IMG/VR virus record: IMGVR_UViG_3300029954_000006
Direction: 5' to 3' (one strand)
Length of the DNA: 64,000 nucleotides
Origin: an uncultured virus (IMG/VR IMGVR_UViG_3300029954_000006)
Taxonomy: Duplodnaviria > Heunggongvirae > Uroviricota > Caudoviricetes
Shown here: positions 28,948-38,840 of the stretch, piece by piece
Layout: every line of letters starts with the position of its first letter
How positions within the stretch are numbered: the first letter of the stretch is position 1
Translations under genes and position numbers: made by a program
Notes under the pieces: generated by a model
The model's database searches: none
Told to the model about the DNA's origin: nothing
Seen by the model: the letters and a program-made list of their open reading frames with translations, nothing else

Positions 28948-29556
28948 ATGCCGACGCACGCCACCACGCCGGACGGGTTCACCATCTTCGCCCAGCCGAT
29001 CCGGGGCCGTGCCTGCGGGTCCTGCACGCTGTGCTGCACCCTGGTCCCCGCCGACCTGGCGCAAAGGGGCTACCCGGAGGCCATGAAGCGCGCGGGGGAG
29101 AAATGCCGCCACGTCGGCCATCACGGGTGCAAAATCCACGCGCGCCGCCCGGACCCGTGCCGCTACTGGTCCTGCAGATGGCTGTTCGACCCCGGGACAG
29201 CGGACATGCGGCGCCCCGATCACGCCGGCTATTGCGTCGACGCCATCCCGGACAGCATCGCCGTCAACGGCCAGGAGATTGAGATTCTCCAGGTGTGGTG
29301 CGACCCCAAGCGGCGGGACGCGCACCGCGACCCGGCGTTGCGCGCGTACATCGCCGCGATGAACATGGCGGCGATCGTCCGCTTCGGCGAGGACGACGCG
29401 ATCGTCATCGCGCCGCCGTCGATGACGGAGGGCGGGGAATGGCTGGAATTTCCCGCCACCATCGTCACCGCGGAAAAGCACCGCCAAAACCTCGCGGCCG
29501 TCGGCGCCGTGCCGTTTCTGGAGAAGCTGAAAGCCGCCGGAGCGGACGTGTCATGA
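28948..29556 (+). CDS. CxxCxxCC (YkgJ-like) Zn/Fe cluster protein
   Basis: CGSCTLCC...C.H...C.IH..RP..C....C.W. Confidence 0.8.
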   Translation: MPTHATTPDGFTIFAQPIRGRACGSCTLCCTLVPADLAQRGYPEAMKRAGEKCRHVGHHGCKIHARRPDPCRYWSCRWLFDPGTADMRRPDHAGYCVDAIPDSIAVNGQEIEILQVWCDPKRRDAHRDPALRAYIAAMNMAAIVRFGEDDAIVIAPPSMTEGGEWLEFPATIVTAEKHRQNLAAVGAVPFLEKLKAAGADVS

Positions 29557-29786
29557 GCGAATCGAGTGTCATCGTGAAGGTGCAGCGCCCGTTGTCCGGG
29601 CCTCCCGCCAAACCGAACCAATGCCTGATCTACGCCGCGGGGCGGCGGCGCATGCAGACCCAGGAAGTGTCCGTGGAGGTGATGACGGCGCTCGGCGAGG
29701 ACGCGAAGGGCTACTTCCACGCCACCTGGTCGCCGGCTTTTCAGATGTGGCTGCTCGATGGACGGGTGCCCGATCAGGACTGGTGA
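29553..29786 (+). CDS. Hypothetical protein
   Basis: IVKVQRPL...KGYFHATW...RVPDQDW; ATGA coupling. Confidence 0.65.
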   Translation: MSESSVIVKVQRPLSGPPAKPNQCLIYAAGRRRMQTQEVSVEVMTALGEDAKGYFHATWSPAFQMWLLDGRVPDQDW

Positions 29787-29795
29787 CGGCGTCGG

Positions 29796-30071
29796 TCAGA
29801 ACGGGTCGATCCCCAGATCGAGCGCGTCGTTCACCCATTGATTGATTTGCGCGCGCGATGTGAGGGTATCGACGCGCGCGCGCAGCAGATCGATTCCGTC
29901 GCCCATAAAGGGGGCGGCCATCCATTGCCGGAGGTAGGCGCGGAGCGCCGCGCAATGTGCCTCGGTCAGTTCGGAGTCCCCGCCGCCGAGATAAGCTTCC
30001 ACCGCCGGCCGCAGCACGCCGGACGTCTCTCTCATCCAGTAGCCCGGCACGAAACCGGCGGATTCGGTCAC
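29796..30071 (-). CDS. Hypothetical protein
   Basis: PGYWMRETSGVLRPAVEAYL...LDLGIDPF. Confidence 0.65.
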   Translation of the reverse strand: MTESAGFVPGYWMRETSGVLRPAVEAYLGGGDSELTEAHCAALRAYLRQWMAAPFMGDGIDLLRARVDTLTSRAQINQWVNDALDLGIDPF

Positions 30072-30272
30072 GGTTGCAGCCCCCACCAGGTCCTCTGGCA
30101 CGCCTCGCAAAACTCCGCGACCCAGCCCTCCGCGTTTCCCAGTATCAGCGGCATTTCCTCCTCGCTCAGCACGGCGTCGCAGTAGGAGCACGTCGTCGTG
30201 CGCTCCTGGTCGGGCGCGCCCCATCCCACGAGGTTCCAATCGAATCCCGGCACCGGCCGAAGAAAGCCGGGG

Positions 30273-30632
30273 TCAGGTATAGCGGTGGCGTCCGTTGCGA
30301 TTGTTGCCGCCCCGCACCGCGGCGCGGATGCTGGCCTCCACCCGGGGCGGCAGCGGTTTGGGCGGTGGTGCGCGCTTGAGCACTTCCGGGATGGACCGCT
30401 CAATGGCGACGCGCGTGCGGTCTTGTGGCAGGTCAATCAGGACGGTGCCGTCCCAGCACATGAACCGGCCGCTCTGATCGGAACGCAGCAGCAGGCCGCC
30501 GCCGCTCGGAAACACCACGTCGCCAAGCAGATGAAAACCGTGTGGGATTTCGGTGCGGTTCCAGCGGACCATCTTGCCGGCGACGGTGGCGCCGGTCATG
30601 TGGACCTCGATCGCGGTCATATCGTGAGGCAT
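30273..30632 (-). CDS. Hypothetical protein
   Basis: GGAGAGGA RBS upstream. Confidence 0.6.
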   Translation of the reverse strand: MPHDMTAIEVHMTGATVAGKMVRWNRTEIPHGFHLLGDVVFPSGGGLLLRSDQSGRFMCWDGTVLIDLPQDRTRVAIERSIPEVLKRAPPPKPLPPRVEASIRAAVRGGNNRNGRHRYT

Positions 30633-30743
30633 TTTTGTCCTCTCCGTTTTTCGCGCGCCGATCCTGCCGTGATTTCTTGGTGTCGCGCAATGACCGTGTC
30701 GCTTTTTGCCGCCTCATTCGAGGGCGAAAAAATCTACACGGGC

Positions 30744-30778
30744 AAAAAAAAGCCCCGGCTGGTTTCCCAGCCGAGGCC
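30744..30778 (-). terminator. Intrinsic terminator of the late/lysis operon
   Basis: GCCTCGGCTGG-GAAA-CCAGCCGGGGC followed by a T-run on the minus strand. Confidence 0.85.
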
Positions 30779-30802
30779 ATTTGTCCCGAAATATCGCGGA
30801 GG

Positions 30803-31288
30803 TTACGGCCCAGTGGCGCCGGTCGCCCCAGTCACGGTGCCGGCCCCGATGGAGGCGCCGACGCTCCCAGTGGCGCCGGTCGGGCCGGTCGAGCCCGTGC
30901 TGCCCGTCGTGCCCGTGGAGCCGGTCCCGCCGGCGGCCGGTGCCTCCGGGGTGCCCGCCGCCACGGCCGCGGCGAGCGCCGAGCTGTTGGCCGCGATGCT
31001 CGCGTTCAGCGCCGTGAAGCTGGCGAGCTGGGCGGCCGACGCGCCGGCGTTGGTCGCCGCTTCCACGGCCGCCTCAAGCTGCGCCGCGAACCCGTCGATC
31101 AGGGCGATGGCGCTCGCGTTGACGGTCGTTTCGGCGGTGACGTCATCGGTGAGCGATGCGATTTCGGTGTCGATGTTGTTGAGCGATGCGGACATGATGG
31201 CTACCTGTGCGGTTAGGGCATCGAGCGCGGCGACAATCGACGCGCTTTCGTTGTGGACATGGACGTGAACGTGGGTTTCGTGCGCCAT
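30803..31288 (-). CDS. Coiled-coil protein with G-x-T collagen-like tail
   Basis: Heptad helix; GSTGTTGSTGSTGPTGATG. Confidence 0.7.
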   Translation of the reverse strand: MAHETHVHVHVHNESASIVAALDALTAQVAIMSASLNNIDTEIASLTDDVTAETTVNASAIALIDGFAAQLEAAVEAATNAGASAAQLASFTALNASIAANSSALAAAVAAGTPEAPAAGGTGSTGTTGSTGSTGPTGATGSVGASIGAGTVTGATGATGP

Positions 31289-31302
31289 GGGCCTCCGGGG
31301 GG

Positions 31303-31674
31303 TTAAGTCAGCGGCGCGGTGGACAGGCGCGCCGGGCTTGCGATCGGCACGATGGCCACGTTCGGCGCGGGAGCGGCGGGGGGAGATACCGGGATGCCCG
31401 CCGTCAGGCCGGTCGCCTTTGCCGCGAGCGCGCAATCATTTTGCACCGTTGACGCGAGCGCGCCGGTGGCGAGCACCACGACGGGGCTTGCCGGCGGCGC
31501 TAGGGCGGACGCCACGGCGTCGATCACGCCGACGGTTACGGCGGCGCCGCCATCGGCGGACACCGCGCAGAACAGTTGGCCGTCCGTCGTGGAGAGCAGG
31601 GCGGTCGCCGCGGCGCAGCAGCCGCCCACCAGCAGCGGGAAAAGAACGAATGACCAGGCGCGCATGGCGGTCAC
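31303..31674 (-). CDS. Putative lipoprotein/exported protein (spanin-like candidate)
   Basis: Hydrophobic N-terminus ending LLVGGC; in the lysis cassette. Confidence 0.5.
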   Translation of the reverse strand: MTAMRAWSFVLFPLLVGGCCAAATALLSTTDGQLFCAVSADGGAAVTVGVIDAVASALAPPASPVVVLATGALASTVQNDCALAAKATGLTAGIPVSPPAAPAPNVAIVPIASPARLSTAPLT

Positions 31675-32102
31675 GCGCTGGCGACGGCCGCCGGTGGCGC
31701 CGCGACCACGGCGGACAGCGCCAGGACGGCGGCCGGGATGACGTGCGGCGCCAGCGCGGCGGCCGTCTGTTCGGCGGCGACGCGCGCGACATCCGCCGGC
31801 GTCGCGCCGAGGTCGGAAATCATCCCGGCGTGCGACGCGGCCACCGATGTTTCGGCCGCTTGTGTCGCCGCGGCGAACACCGCCGGGTCACGCAAATTCG
31901 CGCCGTTCGCGGCGAGCCGCACGAGAGCGGCGACGCCGGCGGCACCCGCCGCGCGCACAAGGGAGTTGTTCCGGACCGCGGTGATGTCCACGCCCTTCGC
32001 CTGGAAATAGCGCACCGCGGCGGGCACGATTCCGGTGGCGACCGCGAGCGCGGAAACCCCTTCGAGGACGTTCATCGTGTCGGCGATGTCCATGAAAATC
32101 AT
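31671..32102 (-). CDS. Membrane-associated lysis-cassette protein (holin/spanin candidate)
   Basis: Hydrophobic segments; ATGA overlap with the endolysin stop. Confidence 0.5.
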   Translation of the reverse strand: MIFMDIADTMNVLEGVSALAVATGIVPAAVRYFQAKGVDITAVRNNSLVRAAGAAGVAALVRLAANGANLRDPAVFAAATQAAETSVAASHAGMISDLGATPADVARVAAEQTAAALAPHVIPAAVLALSAVVAAPPAAVASA

Positions 32103-32668
32103 GCTCCGGTGAAAGTCGTGCCCACGGCGCGGTTGATTTCCCAACCGTATTCAAACACTTGTTGCGAGGAATTATTTTCCGCGTCGGTGATGTAGAACAC
32201 CGATTGCAAGGCGATGATCATGCCGAGCAGCACCTTGCGCCCGTCGGCCCCGCGTATGTCGATGAAATGTCGCAGCGCGGTGCGCGTGTCATTGCCGCAG
32301 CCGCCGTCCACGTCGAGACTCGAATAGGCGCCGTTGGCGAGAACATTCAAGCACCGCTGCAAAAATTTCACGCCGACTTCCGGACCCATGTTGATTCCGA
32401 TATCCAGCAACTTGCCGGCGATCGGCATGTCGATCACCGCGAGTTGGTCAAATTGCGGACCAATCCAGTATTTCTGAAAATAGATCGCAACGGCGGTATC
32501 GCGCGGCATCGCCCGCATGTCGCCGGTGTAGCCGTTCGATCGCGCGTCAGCCTCGGTGATTCCCCAGATAGTGGGGCCGCCGGAATCGGCCGCGTCGTTG
32601 GTGTAGCCGCCCTCCAGGCCAATTTCCGTGTTGATCAGCGCGACAAAGATCAGCGGGTAATCGGTCAT
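32099..32668 (-). CDS. Endolysin, GH108 plus peptidoglycan-binding domain
   Basis: EGGYTNDAADSGGPTIWGIT; LDIGINMG; FEYGW..R. Confidence 0.92.
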   Translation of the reverse strand: MTDYPLIFVALINTEIGLEGGYTNDAADSGGPTIWGITEADARSNGYTGDMRAMPRDTAVAIYFQKYWIGPQFDQLAVIDMPIAGKLLDIGINMGPEVGVKFLQRCLNVLANGAYSSLDVDGGCGNDTRTALRHFIDIRGADGRKVLLGMIIALQSVFYITDAENNSSQQVFEYGWEINRAVGTTFTGA

Positions 32669-32838
32669 CACAGATAGCCCAGGAAAAGCAGCACGAGGAC
32701 AATGACGACGACAAGCCCGAGGCCGCCGCCGTAATAATGCCCGTACCGATTGCCGCCGGAATACCAGCCGGCGCCGCGGCCATAGATGCCGCCGCCTCCG
32801 AGAACCAAGATGAGAACGATGATGAGAATGAGGCCCAT
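32668..32838 (-). CDS. 56-aa two-TM protein, DUF3309-like (holin candidate; not in the ORF track)
   Basis: MGLILIIVLILVLGGGGIYGRGAGWYSGGNRYGHYYGGGLGLVVVIVLVLLFLGYL; AGGAG RBS; TGATG overlap with the endolysin start. Confidence 0.8.
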   Translation of the reverse strand: MGLILIIVLILVLGGGGIYGRGAGWYSGGNRYGHYYGGGLGLVVVIVLVLLFLGYL

Positions 32839-32849
32839 GACGAAACTCC

Positions 32850-33602
32850 TTATTTTGTGCTCATATCCGGCCGGAAGCGCGTGTCCGGAAGCGATGCGTC
32901 AAACAGTTTCGCCCACAAGATCGAGACCATCTGTTCAACGTGGTCGAATTGCAGATTTGCGATATTTTGCGCGGCGCGGAATTGCGTTTCGATTTCCGCG
33001 AGTCGCGCGGCCGAAGCCTGTCCGGACGCCGACAGGGTCGATCCAATCGCGCCGATGCGTTCCTCGTTGCCCGCAACCCGCGAATTGAGCTGCGCCCGGT
33101 CGGAGGAACTTGTCGCGTCGGCCGTCGATGATCGGATCGTCGCGATTTCCACCAGCTTCATGCGGTCGTTGATCTGCGCGCTGTCGGTTTTCAGTTCCGA
33201 GAGCGCGATGCCAAGCGGTTGCTCGCTCGCGTCGATCTTGAGGCCAATGACAATGAAAAGCCCGACGACGAGCGTGACCACCACCGAGGAAAACGTCATC
33301 AGCAGGGGCCAGTTGGTTTGCCGCAACGAGTCGACCTTCACCGAAAGTGGGCTGACGGCGGCGTCCATCTTTGATTCGAGGGTCTGAATGATGGCCTGGA
33401 TTTCATCACGGCCCATGCCCTTTTGAATTACACCTTCAATGGTAGCCCGAAATTCATTCATGCCTTTCAAGCGTTCATCCATCGCGTTCATAGCGATCTG
33501 GCGCGCGGCCTCGATCTCGCGGAAACGGAAATCCATGAATGTGCGCAGCGAAATGGCTTCGTCGCCGTCGGTCTGGCGCCGCTGCGGAATATGATCGGAC
33601 AT
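32850..33602 (-). CDS. Single-TM coiled-coil protein
   Basis: TM WPLLMTFSSVVVTLVVGLFIVIGL between coiled coils. Confidence 0.7.
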   Translation of the reverse strand: MSDHIPQRRQTDGDEAISLRTFMDFRFREIEAARQIAMNAMDERLKGMNEFRATIEGVIQKGMGRDEIQAIIQTLESKMDAAVSPLSVKVDSLRQTNWPLLMTFSSVVVTLVVGLFIVIGLKIDASEQPLGIALSELKTDSAQINDRMKLVEIATIRSSTADATSSSDRAQLNSRVAGNEERIGAIGSTLSASGQASAARLAEIETQFRAAQNIANLQFDHVEQMVSILWAKLFDASLPDTRFRPDMSTK

Positions 33603-33944
33603 TTATACCACCTGTAACAAAACGGTCCTCTGATCGGCGCGCGCGTGGGCGCCCGCGGCCGCCACGGTGACGATCGCGCAGGTCAGCGCGTAAAGCCGCC
33701 CGGGAATGCCGCCGGAAATCCAGCAGCTGACCAGGCCCATGTTGATCGGCGGGGCCGCCGGGGTGACGACGCAATCCCCCGGCAGCAACGGCAGCGGCGC
33801 GTCAGGTGCCGACACGGGCGCGATCGTGAAGGTGACGGTGGCGATGGCGTCATTATCGAGCGCCAGCCACGCGCTCCAATCCACGCTGTAGTCGAGATTG
33901 GAGTTGGCCGCCTTGACTTGGGGAAATTGGAGCTGGTCGCTCAT
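33603..33944 (-). CDS. Small virion protein (fibre-tail adaptor-like)
   Basis: LDYSVDWSAWL...WISGG..G..Y.LTC.I.T. Confidence 0.65.
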   Translation of the reverse strand: MSDQLQFPQVKAANSNLDYSVDWSAWLALDNDAIATVTFTIAPVSAPDAPLPLLPGDCVVTPAAPPINMGLVSCWISGGIPGRLYALTCAIVTVAAAGAHARADQRTVLLQVV

Positions 33945-33952
33945 GACGTAGC

Positions 33953-35254
33953 CTATTGTTGTGTCGGGACGGTGACGGTGCGGGTGTCCACGCGGATCGC
34001 GACATCCCGCGGGTCGAGGGCGACCGCGATCTCGCGGGTGTCGACGCGGATCCCGATGACCCGCTCGCCGCCCGGCTCATACGGATAGGCAACGAGCGTG
34101 CCGGCGGCGGTCAGCCGCCCGAAGGACGCCTGCCCGATAGAGGCGCGCGTCAGCAGGCCGGTGGAGAAGACGCTCGCGGGTTGCGCGCCGGCCTGAAAAT
34201 TCGCGGCGATGGCCGCGTCCGCGGTGTCACCCGGGATCGCCACGATCGTCCCGGCGAATGCCGCGGTGACCGGGACGGCGGCGGTGGCCGCCAGCGCCGG
34301 CAGAAACAACAGGGCCGCGCCGCCGGTGACCGGCACGGTGGCGGTGGCGCGCGCCGTGGCGGGAGCGGCGCCGATGACCAGGCGCCCGGTTGCGATGCGC
34401 CGGGCGGTCGCCGACAGCGTCGCGTCGCGCACGGTGGCGATCAGCGTCCCCGTGATCGCGGCGGCGAGATGTCCGTGCGCCGTCGCCGGCGCCGCCGTGG
34501 CGGCGAGGACCGCGCCGACCTTTAGGTCCGCCGCCGCCACCAGGGCTTCCCCGGCGGCCCCGGTGAGCCCGGCCCACACCGGCACCACGCCGGCGGCGAG
34601 GCCCGTCGCGGGGTCCGTGCTGGCGATGAGCCGGGCGGCGGCGAGGCGCTTGGCCGTCGCCGTGAGGGTTCCGTCGGCTTGCGTCGCCGACAGCGCCGCG
34701 GCGATCGGCGCGGCGGCCGCGACGTGGGACGTCGCCGGCGTGGCGGCGAGCAACAGCCCCGCCGTGACGAGGTTGGAACCCACCGCGGCCGGCGTCGCCC
34801 CTGGCAGGGTAGCCAGCAGCGCGGACGTGACCGGCGCGGTGCCCGTGGCCGCCACCGTCGCGGGCGCGGCGAGAGCGGCGAGATGCCCCGCCACGCGGGT
34901 TGCCCCGGAGGCCGCCAGCGCGTCCCCGGCCGGGGCGATCAGCGCCGCCGCGATGGCGACGGTGGCGGCGCCGTGGCCGGTCGCGACCGCCGCCGTGTCC
35001 GCGAGCCGCGCCGTGACCCAGGTGGCCGCCGTGGCGGTGAGCCGCGCGCCGGCCAGCGGGATGAACACCGCCGCCCTGATGGCTGCCCGGGCGGTGGCTT
35101 GCGTCGTCGCCGGTGCCGTCGTGGCGCGCAGCGCGGCGATTAGATTTGTCGGCGCCGCCGTCTCGTCGATGAACAGGCCGCGTGTCGCGTGCTGCTGCCC
35201 GGTCGTTTCATTATAGAGCAGCGGCGGGATTGCCCGCCGGATGATTTGCGCCAT
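33953..35254 (-). CDS. Ala/Thr-rich repetitive fibre-like protein
   Basis: Quasi-repeats of about 20 aa; C-terminal DTR repeats. Confidence 0.65.
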   Translation of the reverse strand: MAQIIRRAIPPLLYNETTGQQHATRGLFIDETAAPTNLIAALRATTAPATTQATARAAIRAAVFIPLAGARLTATAATWVTARLADTAAVATGHGAATVAIAAALIAPAGDALAASGATRVAGHLAALAAPATVAATGTAPVTSALLATLPGATPAAVGSNLVTAGLLLAATPATSHVAAAAPIAAALSATQADGTLTATAKRLAAARLIASTDPATGLAAGVVPVWAGLTGAAGEALVAAADLKVGAVLAATAAPATAHGHLAAAITGTLIATVRDATLSATARRIATGRLVIGAAPATARATATVPVTGGAALLFLPALAATAAVPVTAAFAGTIVAIPGDTADAAIAANFQAGAQPASVFSTGLLTRASIGQASFGRLTAAGTLVAYPYEPGGERVIGIRVDTREIAVALDPRDVAIRVDTRTVTVPTQQ

Positions 35255-35258
35255 CGCG

Positions 35259-37151
35259 CTAACTCAGCGCGAGCAGCGGATCAATGAAGAACGTGGCATA
35301 TAATTGTCCAACTTTTATGACGCTGTAGAGGTCCCCGACCATTTGCGGCGTGACCGCCACGGACATTGAGAAGCGCATTCCGGCGCGGAACGTCGCGCCG
35401 CCATCCGCCACCAACGTGCCGTCCGCGGCGCCCGTATATCCCGCTGGCACCGCGCTGGCCGATGTCCCGGCGACGGTGCAAAACCACACCTGTCCGCCTC
35501 CCACGGTCATCATCTGCCCGGCCGTGTAGGGGTGTGAATTGGCGCGCGCCGTCGCTTGTGAATCCCAGGCGGAATTATCAGCCGGCCATGCGGTCGGGGG
35601 CGCGAGCGCGTTGGCGCGCGTTCCGCTGCCGAGCGATCCGAGCGGCGATGTCGCCGCGCCGAGATAGCGGACATCGTGCCAAATCTGCGCGTTGTTCGGG
35701 AGTACGGAGCCGTTGAACAGGCCATAGATCGTAACGGTACGAGTCGCGCCGGTGAGCGTGTTCCAAATCCCGATGGCTTGGGACTCGAAAGGAAATGCCC
35801 AGCTGGCGGTGCCAGACGCGGCGATCGACTGCGCGATCGGAGTCGTGCCGTTGCTCGCGCCGCCGGTCCTGACGATCGCGGTCGAGATCGTCAGCGTGCC
35901 GGTATATGTGTAGCGCGCTTGCTGGTAATTCGTCCCGGCGCCGTCCGTGCAAAACGCGTCGAGGACGCCCTGACCCGGCGAAAAAGCGGCGATGAGCGGC
36001 ACGCCGGGCGCCACCTTGCAGTTTTGCAGATTGATATTTTCAAAGTTGACCAAGGACTGAAACGGCGCGCCCGCGAAGGCCGAAAGATCAACGCTGTCAA
36101 GCGTGATGTTGGACATAACGGCCGCCCAGTTGAAGACGTTCGCAGGGACCGCGCCGGAAAAGGGAGTCGGCGTGTCTCGCCAGCGCAGCGTGCCACCGTA
36201 ATAATTTATGCTTTGTGATGCCGCATATAGATTGAAGGAGACAGCAATAAACTCGCAGAACACTCCGGCGACGCCGAACCATATCGCGGCTGGTGCCGCG
36301 CTTGAAAGAGCGAACGTGACGGCTTCAAATCGAAGCGTGCAAACCGTCCGTCCGACGTTAAAGGCGCCGGTGGATGACGACGCGAGGGTAATTCCGTAGA
36401 TGTAAAGGAAGCCGGTCACCGCGAATATGGCGGCTCCGGTTTGCGTGATCGTGGCGCCGGTCTTGAGGTTGGCGGCGGTCGGCGGGACGGCGGCGGTATG
36501 ATCGACACACAAGATGGAGCATGGCGCGGCAGAGGTTCCCGGTCCCGTGATCGTTGTCGCGACGGACGACGTTTCGGCGTGATCGTCCCCGACGAAAACC
36601 GTGTTGCCAGCCGCGCACCATGTCGCGGCCAGCGCGCTTGCGAGGCGCGCGTGCGGCGCGGCCCATTTGGCGAAATTGCCCACCGCGCCCAGCGATGTCC
36701 ATGTGACCGTGGCGTCCGTCGTGGTGGCGCCCGCCGTTTTGCTCCATGCCGGTTCGGCGCCCGTGCCGGCTGTTCCGGCCGCGGTGCAGATAAAAAGCGT
36801 GTCGCCACCGGCATCCTGCACGATGAAGCCGAGCGCCACGGCGAGCCCCTTGGCGCCGCCTGCCCATGTCGGGCAATTCGTGAGATCGCCATTGACGCCC
36901 GGCTGGCCGGTGACTTCCATCCAGGTTACGCCGGAGTCCGTGGTTTTCGCGCCCTTGGTCACCACCCAGGTCGGCTCGCTCGACCCGGTCGTGCCCGCGA
37001 CGACGCAGGCGAACACACGCTCGTTGCCCACGGCCGGCGTCGCGGATTGCCGCCGCGGCGCGCCGGCGACGACGGCGGTGCTCGCCGCCCACGCCGTGAC
37101 GGCGCTCCATTGCGCGGAGTCCGCGTACCAGACGGTCGGGCCGACGCTCAC
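35259..37151 (-). CDS. Tail fibre/spike-like protein with repeated Trp/Cys modules
   Basis: Three F.C..AGT modules, two continuing EP.W...T.D...W; beta-rich core with lower GC. Confidence 0.7.
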   Translation of the reverse strand: MSVGPTVWYADSAQWSAVTAWAASTAVVAGAPRRQSATPAVGNERVFACVVAGTTGSSEPTWVVTKGAKTTDSGVTWMEVTGQPGVNGDLTNCPTWAGGAKGLAVALGFIVQDAGGDTLFICTAAGTAGTGAEPAWSKTAGATTTDATVTWTSLGAVGNFAKWAAPHARLASALAATWCAAGNTVFVGDDHAETSSVATTITGPGTSAAPCSILCVDHTAAVPPTAANLKTGATITQTGAAIFAVTGFLYIYGITLASSSTGAFNVGRTVCTLRFEAVTFALSSAAPAAIWFGVAGVFCEFIAVSFNLYAASQSINYYGGTLRWRDTPTPFSGAVPANVFNWAAVMSNITLDSVDLSAFAGAPFQSLVNFENINLQNCKVAPGVPLIAAFSPGQGVLDAFCTDGAGTNYQQARYTYTGTLTISTAIVRTGGASNGTTPIAQSIAASGTASWAFPFESQAIGIWNTLTGATRTVTIYGLFNGSVLPNNAQIWHDVRYLGAATSPLGSLGSGTRANALAPPTAWPADNSAWDSQATARANSHPYTAGQMMTVGGGQVWFCTVAGTSASAVPAGYTGAADGTLVADGGATFRAGMRFSMSVAVTPQMVGDLYSVIKVGQLYATFFIDPLLALS

Positions 37152-37154
37152 CGG

Positions 37155-37550
37155 CTAGGCGTTGCCGAAGATGATGGAAAATGTCTGCACGTTGACGACT
37201 TGCGCCACCGCTATATTGGTGTTGTCGAGGGTCATGTCGCCGCCCGCGCTGGTCTGCGAAACGGATCCCTGGATGCGGCAGTTGGCGTTGCTGTCATAGA
37301 TGCGAAACGAGGCGGCGGTGCCGGCGGCGGTGCCGGTCGCGACCCAGGCGCCGCTCATCGTCAGCACGCCCGCCGAAGCCGTCGCGGCGGTGGCGGGCAG
37401 CGTACCGGACGCCAACGGTCCGGACGGATCGGCGGCGGCGCAGTTCGCCGGTTCCGCGCCGGTGAACAGCTTTATCGTGCCGCCGCCGACCGCGCCGGCC
37501 AGTTCGCTCGCGAACGCGGTGCGATCCGTCGTCGAAAATTGCAGGGTCAT
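37155..37550 (-). CDS. Small virion/fibre-associated protein (paralogue 2)
   Basis: GGGTIKLFTGAEPA...GTAASFRI...QGSV...DMTL.NTNI. Confidence 0.7.
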   Translation of the reverse strand: MTLQFSTTDRTAFASELAGAVGGGTIKLFTGAEPANCAAADPSGPLASGTLPATAATASAGVLTMSGAWVATGTAAGTAASFRIYDSNANCRIQGSVSQTSAGGDMTLDNTNIAVAQVVNVQTFSIIFGNA

Positions 37551-37551
37551 A

Positions 37552-37968
37552 TCACACCGCCGGGAGCATCTGGGTGAAGGGATTGAGCGTGACGGGCACG
37601 CCGAGCGTGATGTTGGTGCTGGCGATGATGATGTCCGTGCCCGCCGACCCAACCGTGTAATCCGCGAGCGCGGTCGCGCCATCGGACGCCCACGCTCGCG
37701 CGAAACCCACGGTGCCCCCCACGGCCGGGGTGGCGGCGCTTGTGATGAAGTTGGCCACCATCTGTTCGTTAGACGCCGAGAAAGCTGGCGCGGTGAACGC
37801 CACCGGCGCGAAATTATAGGTCAGCAGCACGGTGTTGCCCGCGAGTGGCGATTCTGGCGTTGCCGGCATGGTGCCCGTGTAGAACACGAGCGAGCCCCCG
37901 CCGTAGCGCGTGGCCGCCGCCGCGAGCATGGCGCCCGCGAGCGTCTGGGATGTGTTCACGGGAGCCAC
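37552..37968 (-). CDS. Small virion/fibre-associated protein (paralogue 1)
   Basis: GGGSLVFYTGTMPA...GTVGFAR...TVG...DIII.STNI. Confidence 0.7.
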   Translation of the reverse strand: MAPVNTSQTLAGAMLAAAATRYGGGSLVFYTGTMPATPESPLAGNTVLLTYNFAPVAFTAPAFSASNEQMVANFITSAATPAVGGTVGFARAWASDGATALADYTVGSAGTDIIIASTNITLGVPVTLNPFTQMLPAV

Positions 37969-38837
37969 CGAAACAGGAAGCGGCCGTTGGCGCCGGCGCC
38001 CCCGAGCCAGGCCGTTGGATCGGTGCCCTGTTGCACGTCATAGGCGCCGCCGCCGCCGGCACCCGCGCCGGTCGCCGGATCGCCGCCCTGAAATCCCGCC
38101 GGGCCGCCGCCGCCATAATATCCGCCAGCGCCATGTCCCGAAAACGCGAACTCGGTGCCGAATTGCCCATCGCTCCCGCGCTCGCCGGCCTGCGCGACGA
38201 CAACGATGATCGAGCCCGACGCGGTCACGTTGCCGCCCTCCGCGCCGAGGGACAGCTGGGATGATGGGAAATTCGCGCCGGCCCCGCCGGTCGCCGTTCC
38301 CATCACGGCGCCACTTTGACTGAGCGTCGTCGTCCCGCCGGCCACCTGGTTCGCGCCGCCGGCCCCGATGGCGACGGTGAGCACCGCGCCGGCCGCGACC
38401 GGCCAGACGCATTGCAGATGGCCGCCGGCCCCGCCACCGGCGCCGCTCCAATCCAGCCCCTCCGCGTTCGACCCGCCGCCGCCGCCGCCGTCCAGGATGG
38501 CTTCGATGTGGCCGATTCCCGCTGGCACCGTGATCAGGCCGCCGGGAAAAGCCACCGGCAGGAAGGTCGGGCTTGGGAGCGCGGCGGGCTGCCCCGCGGT
38601 GATGAGGGCGCGAATGGCCGCGAGCAGCTGGGTGTTGACGAACGCGGACGGCGCGATCCCCGCCGCCGTGATGACGGCGAGAATTTCCATGATGATGCCC
38701 GCGTAGTGATAGGCCGGAAACGTCGTGGCCGGGATGAGCAGCCCGGGATTGCCGTCCGTGGGATAGCCGGGCGTGCCGGCGGGCGGCAGCGCCACCTCCT
38801 CGATCGGGATGGTGTAGGGGGCGATGATGGCGTCCAT
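37956..38837 (-). CDS. Tail fibre with Mu-type baseplate-attachment N-terminus and Gly-rich domain
   Basis: PGYPTDGNP...PAT...EILAVITAAGIAP...QLLAAI; GGGGGG...GAGGGAGG. Confidence 0.8.
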   Translation of the reverse strand: MDAIIAPYTIPIEEVALPPAGTPGYPTDGNPGLLIPATTFPAYHYAGIIMEILAVITAAGIAPSAFVNTQLLAAIRALITAGQPAALPSPTFLPVAFPGGLITVPAGIGHIEAILDGGGGGGSNAEGLDWSGAGGGAGGHLQCVWPVAAGAVLTVAIGAGGANQVAGGTTTLSQSGAVMGTATGGAGANFPSSQLSLGAEGGNVTASGSIIVVVAQAGERGSDGQFGTEFAFSGHGAGGYYGGGGPAGFQGGDPATGAGAGGGGAYDVQQGTDPTAWLGGAGANGRFLFRWLP

Positions 38838-38840
38838 GGA

